A stretch of DNA of 61,511 nt from Candidatus Saccharimonadota bacterium (GCA_046350755.1 JAXLZV010000003.1:1-61511), one strand, 5' to 3'; shown: positions 37,885-45,964, numbered from the stretch's first letter. Notes: generated by a model not told the origin, from the sequence alone. Numbers and translations: made by a program.

Positions 37885-40683
37885 ATGAATAGTGAAGCAC
37901 CACGCATTGATCAGGATTTTCCACCAGCCGCCGGCGAGGCCGCTCGACAACTCAGAAAAACATTAGCCGAGATTGCACTGGTCAAGATGCAGCTTGAGTC
38001 TGCCCTTAAGAAAGAACGCAATCCGGCTCGACGCGAGCAAGTGGCGGCCAGTACCGAAGCCAAGCTGACCGAGCTGAACCAGGCGAGACAAGACGCTTTG
38101 GTAGCCATGCGTGAAGGGCTGGAGGAAGTACCCGAGCATGCGTCCCCAGAAGTGCCTCGTGATCAGGTGGGCATAGAGCTCCCCGCGACTGAGGATCCCT
38201 ACAGGCTGGCTGGTCAGCCGCTACCGCGCATCGTGCAGACTCTCCAAGCGACGAAGGGTTGGGCGGGAGTTGAAAATCGCATTAATCGTCACTATGGCTC
38301 GTCCGGCACCGGTATAACCGCTGAGGATTACGTTCAAGAGCTGGCTCGCCAGATACAATCGGGTATGCGGCCGCTCGATGGCCAGATATGGCAAGATGTA
38401 TACGATCGATATGATAGCCAGGGGCAGGTAATTGCAGAGCCACAGCCGGACTTGCCGTCAGTAAGCGTAAGCGGTTATGATAAGCACGATACACAACCTA
38501 GGAGTGACGGAATGCCCAACCCAGAACACAACCCATCAGAGCCGCCGGCTCAAAATCATCAGGAGGCGGTGGCTGATGATCTTGAGGAAATCTTAGCTCA
38601 GCAGGGTGGCTACCAGCCGCGGTATGAGGCTCATGTGCCGCGCAGTCCACTCGAGCAAGCCCATCAGCCGGAAGCTTCGGCTAGTCAATCACGTGGTTAT
38701 AACGCACGAGCTACGGAATTTGCTCGTCAACGACCCGAATCGCAACAAGCTGTGCCCCGAGCTACGGCAGAGCCAGAAGCTCAACCTGCCGCTGAGCGCG
38801 TCACGGCGGCTGAAACTGAGGCTTTCGAGCGTTCGAGTACAGCCGAGTTTGGCGGTCAGTCGTTTGAACGGGGTGATCGGATAGTTTATGAATCTGATTC
38901 AGGGCGGATAGCCGAGTACTATGTCTTATGTAACTCGTTTGGTGATCCTCCGGGCCTCGTTGTTCAATCGACCACTAATGAGTCGATGGTGTTTGCTATC
39001 GGTGGTGATACTGAAGCCGGACGGGTCCGTCGAGTCCTCGGTGCCCCTGGCGAAGACGAGCCAGGTCCACCGAGTGGCGGTGGTGCTGGTCCGGGTGAAG
39101 GTGAACCAGGCGAAGGCCCCGGTGAACGTCGACGGCCGGGTGGAGAGCAATTTGTCCCAGAAAATCTACTCGAGAGAATTCCGCGCATACCAAATCGCGA
39201 GGAGATGCTCGCCGCGGGTGATGTGATGCGCGGGATGCTGGACCAACGGATTCAGGACGTTGCCCAGGCCAAAGAGCAGCGCGAGAAGTTATTTGGTAAG
39301 TTTGGCGATAAGGCGGCCTTGGCTGAAGCGGCCGAGGATTTAGGCGCAGCTTATAATCAATATCTTGAGAATTGGGCGTCACAACTAGCAACCTATCGCA
39401 ATATCGGCAATGAAATTTCGACGACGAAATCAGGTTTTCAAAACGAGCTTCAGTCGCGGCGCGAATCTCTCGAACGCCTTCAGGCCGATCAAGATCTCGA
39501 TCCCGCAATCAAGGAAGATCGTATTCGCGTTAAGCAAGCTGCGATTCGCGATACGGAAGCTGCTATCGACGAGTGTGACACTCGTCTAGCTCAGTTTGAG
39601 GAGTCGAAGGAGCTGATTGAGCGGGTCACGCGTGAAGTTGAGATTCAGATCACCCTCGAACTCGCTCAAGCCCGTACGAAGATAGAAACTGCCCAGGCCG
39701 AGCTCAAGGAAGGCAATAAGGTTCAGCGTGCGATCAAATGGGCGAAGGACGCTTGGCGTAAACATCCAAAGACTCGTCTAGCAATAACCGTAGGTCTTGG
39801 TGTCGCGTCGTTAGCTACTGGTTTCGCTGGTTTCGCCGTGGCGGCGGCTGGGATGCGCGCGGTTGGCGCTGGAGTTGGTACCGAGCTAGGTGTGAATACT
39901 CGAAGGCAGTGGTGGGCCAATCGCAGTGAGTCCAAGGGTGCCGAAAAAGCTTGGGGCCAGACTGATGAAGCTACTCGCACGGAAGCGGAAGCGGTTGGTG
40001 GCTGGGTCGGTGAAACTACCCCTGATCTGAGTCAGCAGGCCAAAACTGACCTTGAACTTTTCCAGCAGCGCCATGGTCGCGAAATCTACAGCGAAGATAT
40101 GATTTTGAAGGTCTTGCGGGGCGACCCAGACGCCTCGGCTGAGGTTGCAACGATGTTGGTGAGTGATCAGATCGGTGAAAAGGGGCGTGTCCAGAAGGAT
40201 GCCTCATCAAATCGACGGGCCAAAGTCGCGGCGGTAGCCGCCGCGACAACCGTTGGGCTGTTTGGGCTCTATCGCTCAGTAGGTTCGTCGGGACGCGCTA
40301 CGGACAGCATGGAGAGTAATGTTCGGCCCAAACCACCAACGGCTGATTATGATCCGAATGCCGACCGCTGGTATGGAATGGCCAAAGTGAATCCAAATAC
40401 GATGAACGCTGACTGGGAGGCTATGCACGCGGGAGCCACTCCGGCAGCTGAAGCCGCCGCCCACGTCGGTGAAGGCGCTCTCGACACCGCCTACAATTCG
40501 GCTTCGGAAGGCATGAATCTTGCCCAATTACGTCAACTCAATCAGATCATTGGTACTGGAGCGCGAACTATTGGCAATGATCGCGTGGCCGAGCTGATGC
40601 CAGGAATCGCCCGCCAGGTCGTCAACGGACGCTCAACGGATCAGATCTTAAGTCTATATGGCATACCGCCAACGGCAGCCTAA
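37885..40683 (+). CDS. Large orphan protein (about 930 aa) with coiled coils and Gly/Ala-rich hydrophobic segments
   Basis: Long uninterrupted ORF; TATCAT 7 nt before ATG 37885; heptad-rich region then LAITVGLGVASLATGFAGFAVAAAG. Confidence 0.85.
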   Translation: MNSEAPRIDQDFPPAAGEAARQLRKTLAEIALVKMQLESALKKERNPARREQVAASTEAKLTELNQARQDALVAMREGLEEVPEHASPEVPRDQVGIELPATEDPYRLAGQPLPRIVQTLQATKGWAGVENRINRHYGSSGTGITAEDYVQELARQIQSGMRPLDGQIWQDVYDRYDSQGQVIAEPQPDLPSVSVSGYDKHDTQPRSDGMPNPEHNPSEPPAQNHQEAVADDLEEILAQQGGYQPRYEAHVPRSPLEQAHQPEASASQSRGYNARATEFARQRPESQQAVPRATAEPEAQPAAERVTAAETEAFERSSTAEFGGQSFERGDRIVYESDSGRIAEYYVLCNSFGDPPGLVVQSTTNESMVFAIGGDTEAGRVRRVLGAPGEDEPGPPSGGGAGPGEGEPGEGPGERRRPGGEQFVPENLLERIPRIPNREEMLAAGDVMRGMLDQRIQDVAQAKEQREKLFGKFGDKAALAEAAEDLGAAYNQYLENWASQLATYRNIGNEISTTKSGFQNELQSRRESLERLQADQDLDPAIKEDRIRVKQAAIRDTEAAIDECDTRLAQFEESKELIERVTREVEIQITLELAQARTKIETAQAELKEGNKVQRAIKWAKDAWRKHPKTRLAITVGLGVASLATGFAGFAVAAAGMRAVGAGVGTELGVNTRRQWWANRSESKGAEKAWGQTDEATRTEAEAVGGWVGETTPDLSQQAKTDLELFQQRHGREIYSEDMILKVLRGDPDASAEVATMLVSDQIGEKGRVQKDASSNRRAKVAAVAAATTVGLFGLYRSVGSSGRATDSMESNVRPKPPTADYDPNADRWYGMAKVNPNTMNADWEAMHAGATPAAEAAAHVGEGALDTAYNSASEGMNLAQLRQLNQIIGTGARTIGNDRVAELMPGIARQVVNGRSTDQILSLYGIPPTAA

Positions 40684-40698
40684 TAATAAGGAGTAATT

Positions 40699-41040
40699 AT
40701 GGATACCACTCAACCTCAAACCCAAGCTGATATTTTCACACGTCTAGGCATGGCTTCGGCCAGCGATGAACAGAAGCAAAAGCTGGCTGAACAACTCGCC
40801 GAGCTCACGATGGTGCGCGTTATGGAGAAAGTCTCGAGTACCATCCCCGAAGAGACGATGGACGAAATTGAGGCCCTGATTGATAAGGGAGCCGATGATC
40901 AGGTAGAGGATCGACTGCGTCAGGCGATTCCTGGCTATGATGAACTAGTCCAAACGACCGCCAGTGAAGTGGCCGATCAGATCGTAGCTGACCAGCAAGC
41001 GGTGCTGGCTAAAGTGCGCTCTCAGACGACCTCGGCCTAG
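40699..41040 (+). CDS. Small acidic helical protein, DUF5663-like
   Basis: DIFTRLGMAS.SDEQKQKLAEQL...RVMEKVS...IPGYDELV pattern recalled from CPR DUF5663 proteins; AAGGAG SD. Confidence 0.7.
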   Translation: MDTTQPQTQADIFTRLGMASASDEQKQKLAEQLAELTMVRVMEKVSSTIPEETMDEIEALIDKGADDQVEDRLRQAIPGYDELVQTTASEVADQIVADQQAVLAKVRSQTTSA

Positions 41041-41130
41041 TCAGTAACCAGTAAGTTAGATTGACTTTACCCTGAAAAAATGGTAAAGTTTTTCTGTTTT
41101 TCCTGCACCTTCCAACCTTAGGAGGCCCAT

Positions 41131-42324
41131 ATGGGCAGTACTCATTCAGCCAAGAAAGGCATCACTGATCCCGCCGATCTCACAGCCGCGCTGGCGGCCG
41201 CGCAGGTGAGCAGCAATGGCGCCAGCCCACCGGTCACCGCCAACCAGACTGCCTCAAGCTTGTCTGGAGGAGACGAGCCGGCCGTCATGGCTACCGAAGC
41301 AGTCGCTCCCCGGAAGCGGGTTGGCGATGTCATTGATGCCTTGCATGTTGCCGGCATTCTGCCGCCGGATGATGACGGCATTGGTTTTATCCAGTCGATC
41401 TACCGCACGTTGAATCTGATCAAGTTGGACCAACCACTGCCCAAGATCAACCGCGGTACCTTGGTTCGGCCAGCCATCATCACTCACGTCGATCTGCTAC
41501 TGGCACAGGGCCACGCTTCGGCCACAACGCCAGTCGCGACGGCTGCATCTTCAGCTCAGACTCCGCGGATCAAGCAGCACGCTCAGTTTGCGGAGTTGAC
41601 ACCAGAGCTGCAGCAGCTGGTGCTGCTGGCTGATGAGGCGCGTGGCCGCCATCAGATGGTGGTCGCCCTGCAAGGTAAGCCTGGAGATGACAATGATGAG
41701 CTCTATCATCAGGAGTCTGCCGACGCGTTTCAGGCGGTTTCTGATCAGATGCGAGCAATTGCGAGCATGATCCCCGGTATCACGCCGCGCTACTTGGCTA
41801 GCTGGTTGCGACGAGTCGGTGTGTATTTCGAAGCAGTTATCAAGTCTGACGAGGACTTGGTGACAGCCGTGAGCACGCTGCGCTGGCCGAAGGCACGACC
41901 TGAAGCAACAGCGGTACCGGTATCGACGCCCCCATCTGCGTCAGCTCCGGCTGAGGTGGAACCTGCAGTTGCTGAACCAAGCGACCGAGCCTTCGTGGTG
42001 ACGTCGACTGGTGGGGTCACCGAGCCTGCGCGTCATCGAGTGACGAGCGGGGCGAGGCGAGTAGCAGCCAGTCAGCCGACAGTCGAGACGCAAGCGGTGA
42101 GCCAGGAATCAGCTGATTCCGAGCAAGAGTTGGTTGAGCCGACTGCCAGTGAATTCACCGACCAGCAGCTCATTGAGCTGGTGGGCGGCGATGAGGTCGA
42201 TCAACTCTTCGACGCGATCTACCAACGCTATGGCTGGGACTCTCCTGACATGGACGCAGTTGAGGCCGAAGTACGGTCTCTGTTGATTGCTCGAGCCCGC
42301 GAACTGAGTGTGTCGCCGGCGTAA
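41131..42324 (+). CDS. Orphan hypothetical protein with low-complexity linkers
   Basis: 397-aa ORF; TTGACT-N17-TAAAGT promoter, AGGAGG SD, downstream hairpin. Confidence 0.8.
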   Translation: MGSTHSAKKGITDPADLTAALAAAQVSSNGASPPVTANQTASSLSGGDEPAVMATEAVAPRKRVGDVIDALHVAGILPPDDDGIGFIQSIYRTLNLIKLDQPLPKINRGTLVRPAIITHVDLLLAQGHASATTPVATAASSAQTPRIKQHAQFAELTPELQQLVLLADEARGRHQMVVALQGKPGDDNDELYHQESADAFQAVSDQMRAIASMIPGITPRYLASWLRRVGVYFEAVIKSDEDLVTAVSTLRWPKARPEATAVPVSTPPSASAPAEVEPAVAEPSDRAFVVTSTGGVTEPARHRVTSGARRVAASQPTVETQAVSQESADSEQELVEPTASEFTDQQLIELVGGDEVDQLFDAIYQRYGWDSPDMDAVEAEVRSLLIARARELSVSPA

Positions 42325-42330
42325 ACGATC

Positions 42331-42363
42331 GGGGTGGTTTGGATCTATTTCCAAGCCACCCTT
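42331..42363 (+). terminator. Hairpin after the 41131 orphan
   Basis: GGGGTGGTTTGGA-TCTATT-TCCAAGCCACCCT. Confidence 0.6.
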
Positions 42364-42483
42364 ATTCATTGGTGCGCATGTATGGCATAAGTTTATTGAC
42401 AAGCTATAAAAGTATTGCAAAATATACATTTTTATGCTATAGTGCGCGCAGTACCTTCATTCCTCAACAGAAAGGGGATCGGC

Positions 42484-43209
42484 ATGGCCGACCTCACGCA
42501 ACGCAACAACGCCGCTCGCCACCGTGAGCACGATCGCAAGCATCGGCTGCTCAACGAGCAGTACGAGCTGGTCACTGGTCAGGTCACCGACCTCCAGGGA
42601 CGGATCACACGGCTCGAGCAGGCTGGCGCCTCCGATGAGACGCTGGCCGGCATGCGTCAGGAGCTCGAGCGCTTGCTCGGGATCCAGACCAGCTTCGGCA
42701 ATCAGCTGACCGAGTTCTCGACCCAGTTGGCTTCGGTCGACGGTCGCGTCTCGTCACTCGAGCGCTGGAAGCCGCATGTCAACGAGCGGCTCGAAGCCGT
42801 CGAGGTGAGCAGCAATGCCCACGCCACGGCGATCGCTCGGCTGAGTGACGCCAATGGCTGGGTGCCCATCGCTGCCGCCGCGGTGGCTGGTCTCATCACC
42901 TACGTGGTGATCGAGGTCTTCCACGACACCGCCACCCACATCCAGTGGGCTTGGGTGTTGGTCTTGGCCGCGGTGGCTGGCATCGTTGCCAGCTTCTTGG
43001 CCGGTTCGGCGACCAGCCGGGCCTCGGCCTCCAGCCAGGCTTCGGCCACCGTCGGCACTGCGCCGGCTCCGGCCGACCAGGCTCCGGCTGAGCCGCCCAC
43101 GGCGACCGTTCCGGTTGCCGATGCTCAGCCGCCTGCGCCACCCATGCCGGCACCAGTTCCTTCTCGCAGGAACGTCAGTGCCAGTGCGGCCGCTCAGGTC
43201 AACGGCTGA
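42484..43209 (+). CDS. Orphan coiled-coil + 2-TM membrane protein, GC-rich
   Basis: TTGCAA-N17-TATAGT promoter, AAAGGGG SD, ATG 42484; heptads, two TMs, Pro/Ala tail. Confidence 0.8.
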   Translation: MADLTQRNNAARHREHDRKHRLLNEQYELVTGQVTDLQGRITRLEQAGASDETLAGMRQELERLLGIQTSFGNQLTEFSTQLASVDGRVSSLERWKPHVNERLEAVEVSSNAHATAIARLSDANGWVPIAAAAVAGLITYVVIEVFHDTATHIQWAWVLVLAAVAGIVASFLAGSATSRASASSQASATVGTAPAPADQAPAEPPTATVPVADAQPPAPPMPAPVPSRRNVSASAAAQVNG

Positions 43210-43218
43210 TCATCCCTC

Positions 43219-43248
43219 GTGTTTGGGGGTCTTCGGACCCCCAAACAC
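43219..43248 (+). terminator. Perfect 13-bp hairpin with C(UUCG)G loop and no U-tail
   Basis: GTGTTTGGGGGTC-TTCG-GACCCCCAAACAC. Confidence 0.7.
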
Positions 43249-43303
43249 ATCATTCTAGCTTTTGGTATTATTCTGATGACGATTCTTCGCCGTCAGAACC
43301 CGT

Positions 43304-44497
43304 ACCTGAACACCGCCGCAATCCCGCGGCCCGTCCATGAAAGGGGGCCGCCATGCGCGCGCCCAACTCTCCGCAGCAGAAGTTCTTCTTCTCGCTGCTC
43401 GGGGCGGCAGCTCTGCTGCTGATCACCCCAACCCTCTACCATCGTCTGGTGGATGACGACCCGGCTTCGGCCAGTCCCACCACCACGACGACTGCCGCCC
43501 CGGCTCCGGCCGGAACCTGCGGCAGCTCTCCCTGGTTCTACGCCCGGGACACGGAAGGTAACCAGTTCGGTCCCGCCGCTCCGGAAGAGGTGAATGCCGC
43601 CCAGGCGGAGTTCACCAAGCGCCGTTGCGTCGATCCGGCCCTGCTGGTCGCCGACTCGGAGTATCTCTTCAACGAGTTCTCCGATCCGACTGCCCGCGTC
43701 GCCAAGACGCAGGACTTCATCGCCAATCCCGACCACTGGGCCCTCAGTGAGCTGCGCTTCCAGCAGAAGCTCGGGACGGCCACGAAGGTCGAGGTGGCGA
43801 CGATGTCTGGCGGGTACCAGACCATGGACATGGTGGATCGGGATCGTTCGATCCCGGAGATCTACCAGATCCCGGTCGAAGCCGCACCCTTCCGGGTGCT
43901 GCGGTACACCTTCCCCGATGGATCGGTGAAGAACTTCAAGCTCAATTGTGGCTTCCAGCCCGTTGAGCAGTCCTTCCCGCCCAGCGTGCCCGGCAAGGGA
44001 GCTCCTCCGGCGCCCAACCAGCCGGCTGGACCGGTCACACCGTCCCGGCCCGGTGGCCACAGGCCGCCGACGCCGCCGGTGGGACCCACGGTTCCGCCCA
44101 CTCCTGGCAAGTGCGCCAATCAGCAGGGTCAGTACTGTGGTACTCCCGACTCCGGACCGGAATTCGATCCGGTTCAGTCGAACCCGCAGTCGCCCACGCC
44201 GGGCTATGTCCCGGGGAATGCCGAGACGGTGATCAATCAGCAGCAGAACGATGCTGCGATCACTGCTGGAGGTGGCGATCCCTATCGCCCAACCCAGTAC
44301 GGCACCCCCGGTACCGGCACTGGCTCCGGAGTGACGACCCCCTCGGGTCAGACCTCCGGTCCGACCGGCAACACCACTGGTGGGACGGTCGGGGCTTCCA
44401 ACCCCGACAACAACACCAATACGGCTGGCCAGACCAGCTCGGGTACGGTGGCACCGCCTCCGTAACCCATGCCTGATCGCTCTCGCGGTGTTCAGGT
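43304..44497. repeat. 13-bp perfect inverted repeat bracketing the 43353-44465 gene
   Basis: ACCTGAACACCGC (43304-43316) and GCGGTGTTCAGGT (44485-44497). Confidence 0.85.
43353..44465 (+). CDS. Orphan secreted/anchored protein with Cys-containing domain and Pro/Gly/Thr-rich tail, GC-rich
   Basis: N-terminal hydrophobic segment, PTTTTT linker, five Cys, AAAGGGGG SD. Confidence 0.82.
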   Translation: MRAPNSPQQKFFFSLLGAAALLLITPTLYHRLVDDDPASASPTTTTTAAPAPAGTCGSSPWFYARDTEGNQFGPAAPEEVNAAQAEFTKRRCVDPALLVADSEYLFNEFSDPTARVAKTQDFIANPDHWALSELRFQQKLGTATKVEVATMSGGYQTMDMVDRDRSIPEIYQIPVEAAPFRVLRYTFPDGSVKNFKLNCGFQPVEQSFPPSVPGKGAPPAPNQPAGPVTPSRPGGHRPPTPPVGPTVPPTPGKCANQQGQYCGTPDSGPEFDPVQSNPQSPTPGYVPGNAETVINQQQNDAAITAGGGDPYRPTQYGTPGTGTGSGVTTPSGQTSGPTGNTTGGTVGASNPDNNTNTAGQTSSGTVAPPP

Positions 44498-44502
44498 CAA
44501 CA

Positions 44503-44532
44503 GCCCTCGGGGCGCTTCGGCGCTCCGAGGGC
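44503..44532 (+). terminator. 13-bp hairpin with C(UUCG)G loop
   Basis: GCCCTCGGGGCGC-TTCG-GCGCTCCGAGGGC. Confidence 0.7.
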
Positions 44533-44748
44533 AACCTCATTTACTGACCAAAATAAAACCATAAGCAATACCATTGACAAACCACAACAAATCTGATACA
44601 ATACAGCAGTCATTCACACCAGGTGTGGAGTCGCTACTTAACAGCTCAAATAGTCTTCCCAACAGAAGCAAGCAATTCTTGACGAAAGCTTAAAACTATC
44701 CAATAACCATAAGTATTATTCCTCACCAAGTGAGAGAAGGAGCAAGCT

Positions 44749-45912
44749 ATGAAGTTTGTCGCCAAACTCCGCACACTTGCCGCTGCTGCAGCCCTGGTAC
44801 TCGTACCAGCCGCCGCCGCCGCTACTGGCCAAGTTGCGATCGAAGCCCGCACCGCAGTTGCTAACCAAACTGCCGGCGATACGGTCTATCAAAAAGCCGT
44901 AAATGCCAAAACCGACGAAGTCGTAAAAGTCCAAGTCTGGTATCACAACAAAGAAGAGGCTAACTCGAATAAAGTAGCCAATAACCTCAAAGTCAAAATT
45001 GACCTGCCAACTACTACTGGCAAAAGCCAGGTAGTGAAGGGTACGGTCAGCGCCGATAACAGTAATACTGTTGTCGACACCGCTAACGTCAACCTTGCCC
45101 TCGACCAGAGCCGACTCGAGTATATCCCAGGCTCAGCTCAGTGGCGCCACAACACTGGTACCAATGAAGCTCCAAACTGGGTAACCGAGAAGATCAGCGA
45201 CCAAGTCGTTGGTACGGGTATTACTCTTGGTAACGAGAAGCCTTGCTTTAACTTTGAAGCTAACGTAACCGTTCTAGCCCGTGTCAAAACTCCTGCAGTT
45301 TCGATCACGAAGCAGGTTCGGGTGCTTGGCGAAAAAGATTGGAAGACTGAAAACACCGCCAAAGCCGGTGACACGCTCGAGTACTTGATCTCGTTCAAAA
45401 ACGAAGGTAACACTACGCTGAACAACGTTATCATTGCTGATAACATGCCAGCTAACGTCACCTACGTACCAGGTACTACCATGATAAAAAATGGTGCGAA
45501 CCCAAATGGTACTAAGATTAACTCGGACAATATCACCAAAGGTGGCGTGAATGTAGGTAACTACACACCAGGTGCCAACGGTTACGTATGGTTCCAGGCT
45601 AAGATTGACTCAAATCTCAAGCCAGGTAACTACACTTTCAAAAACGTTGGTATCGTGAAGCCTGAAGGTATGGGCGAGTACTTTAACGCCGCTCAGACTA
45701 AGGTTAGCGTGGCCGGTCCTACAACCGTCCCACCAACCACTCCTGTGACTCCAACTACCCCAACCACTCCAACTACCCCTGCCCTTCCGCAGACTGGTGT
45801 TGAAGCTGGTGCAGCTGGCCTCATGGGTACAGGTGCCCTGACCTACGCTGGTTACTTCTACCGGAAGAGCCGCAAGGGTCTGACCGAAGCTCTCAAAAAC
45901 GTTGTTAAGTAA
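44749..45912 (+). CDS. Cell-surface protein with Ig-like DUF11-type domains and LPXTG-like sorting signal
   Basis: Signal peptide; SITKQV...AKAGDTLEYLISFKNEG...IIADNMPANVTYVPGT; LPQTG + hydrophobic stretch + RKSRK; AGAAGGAG SD. Confidence 0.88.
   Translation: MKFVAKLRTLAAAAALVLVPAAAAATGQVAIEARTAVANQTAGDTVYQKAVNAKTDEVVKVQVWYHNKEEANSNKVANNLKVKIDLPTTTGKSQVVKGTVSADNSNTVVDTANVNLALDQSRLEYIPGSAQWRHNTGTNEAPNWVTEKISDQVVGTGITLGNEKPCFNFEANVTVLARVKTPAVSITKQVRVLGEKDWKTENTAKAGDTLEYLISFKNEGNTTLNNVIIADNMPANVTYVPGTTMIKNGANPNGTKINSDNITKGGVNVGNYTPGANGYVWFQAKIDSNLKPGNYTFKNVGIVKPEGMGEYFNAAQTKVSVAGPTTVPPTTPVTPTTPTTPTTPALPQTGVEAGAAGLMGTGALTYAGYFYRKSRKGLTEALKNVVK
45730..45780 (+). repeat. Degenerate 9-bp tandem repeat encoding Pro-Thr-Thr stalk
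   Basis: CCAACCACT/CCAACTACC units giving PPTTPVTPTTPTTPTTP. Confidence 0.8.
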
Positions 45913-45930
45913 CGTTTGAGCGATCACCAC

Positions 45931-45964
45931 AAACTCCCCAAGGGATTTCCCGAGGGGAGTTTTG
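45931..45964 (+). terminator. Intrinsic terminator of the surface-protein gene
   Basis: AAACTCCCC...GGGGAGTTTTT. Confidence 0.75.

Noticed and set aside
35187-41040. secA and the 930-aa gene as one operon
   Set aside because: A clear terminator (37832-37859) and a separate -10 (37872-37877) lie between them; adjacency alone is not evidence of a shared pathway
43293-44540. 415-aa antisense ORF over the secreted orphan
   Set aside because: Arg/Gly-rich shadow frame typical of GC-rich DNA; the + strand ORF has the promoter, SD, signal-like N-terminus and terminator
42325-44540. Island hairpins as integron attC sites
   Set aside because: No paired RYYYAAC/GTTRRRY boxes around the hairpins, the cassettes carry their own promoters, and no integron integrase is in the window
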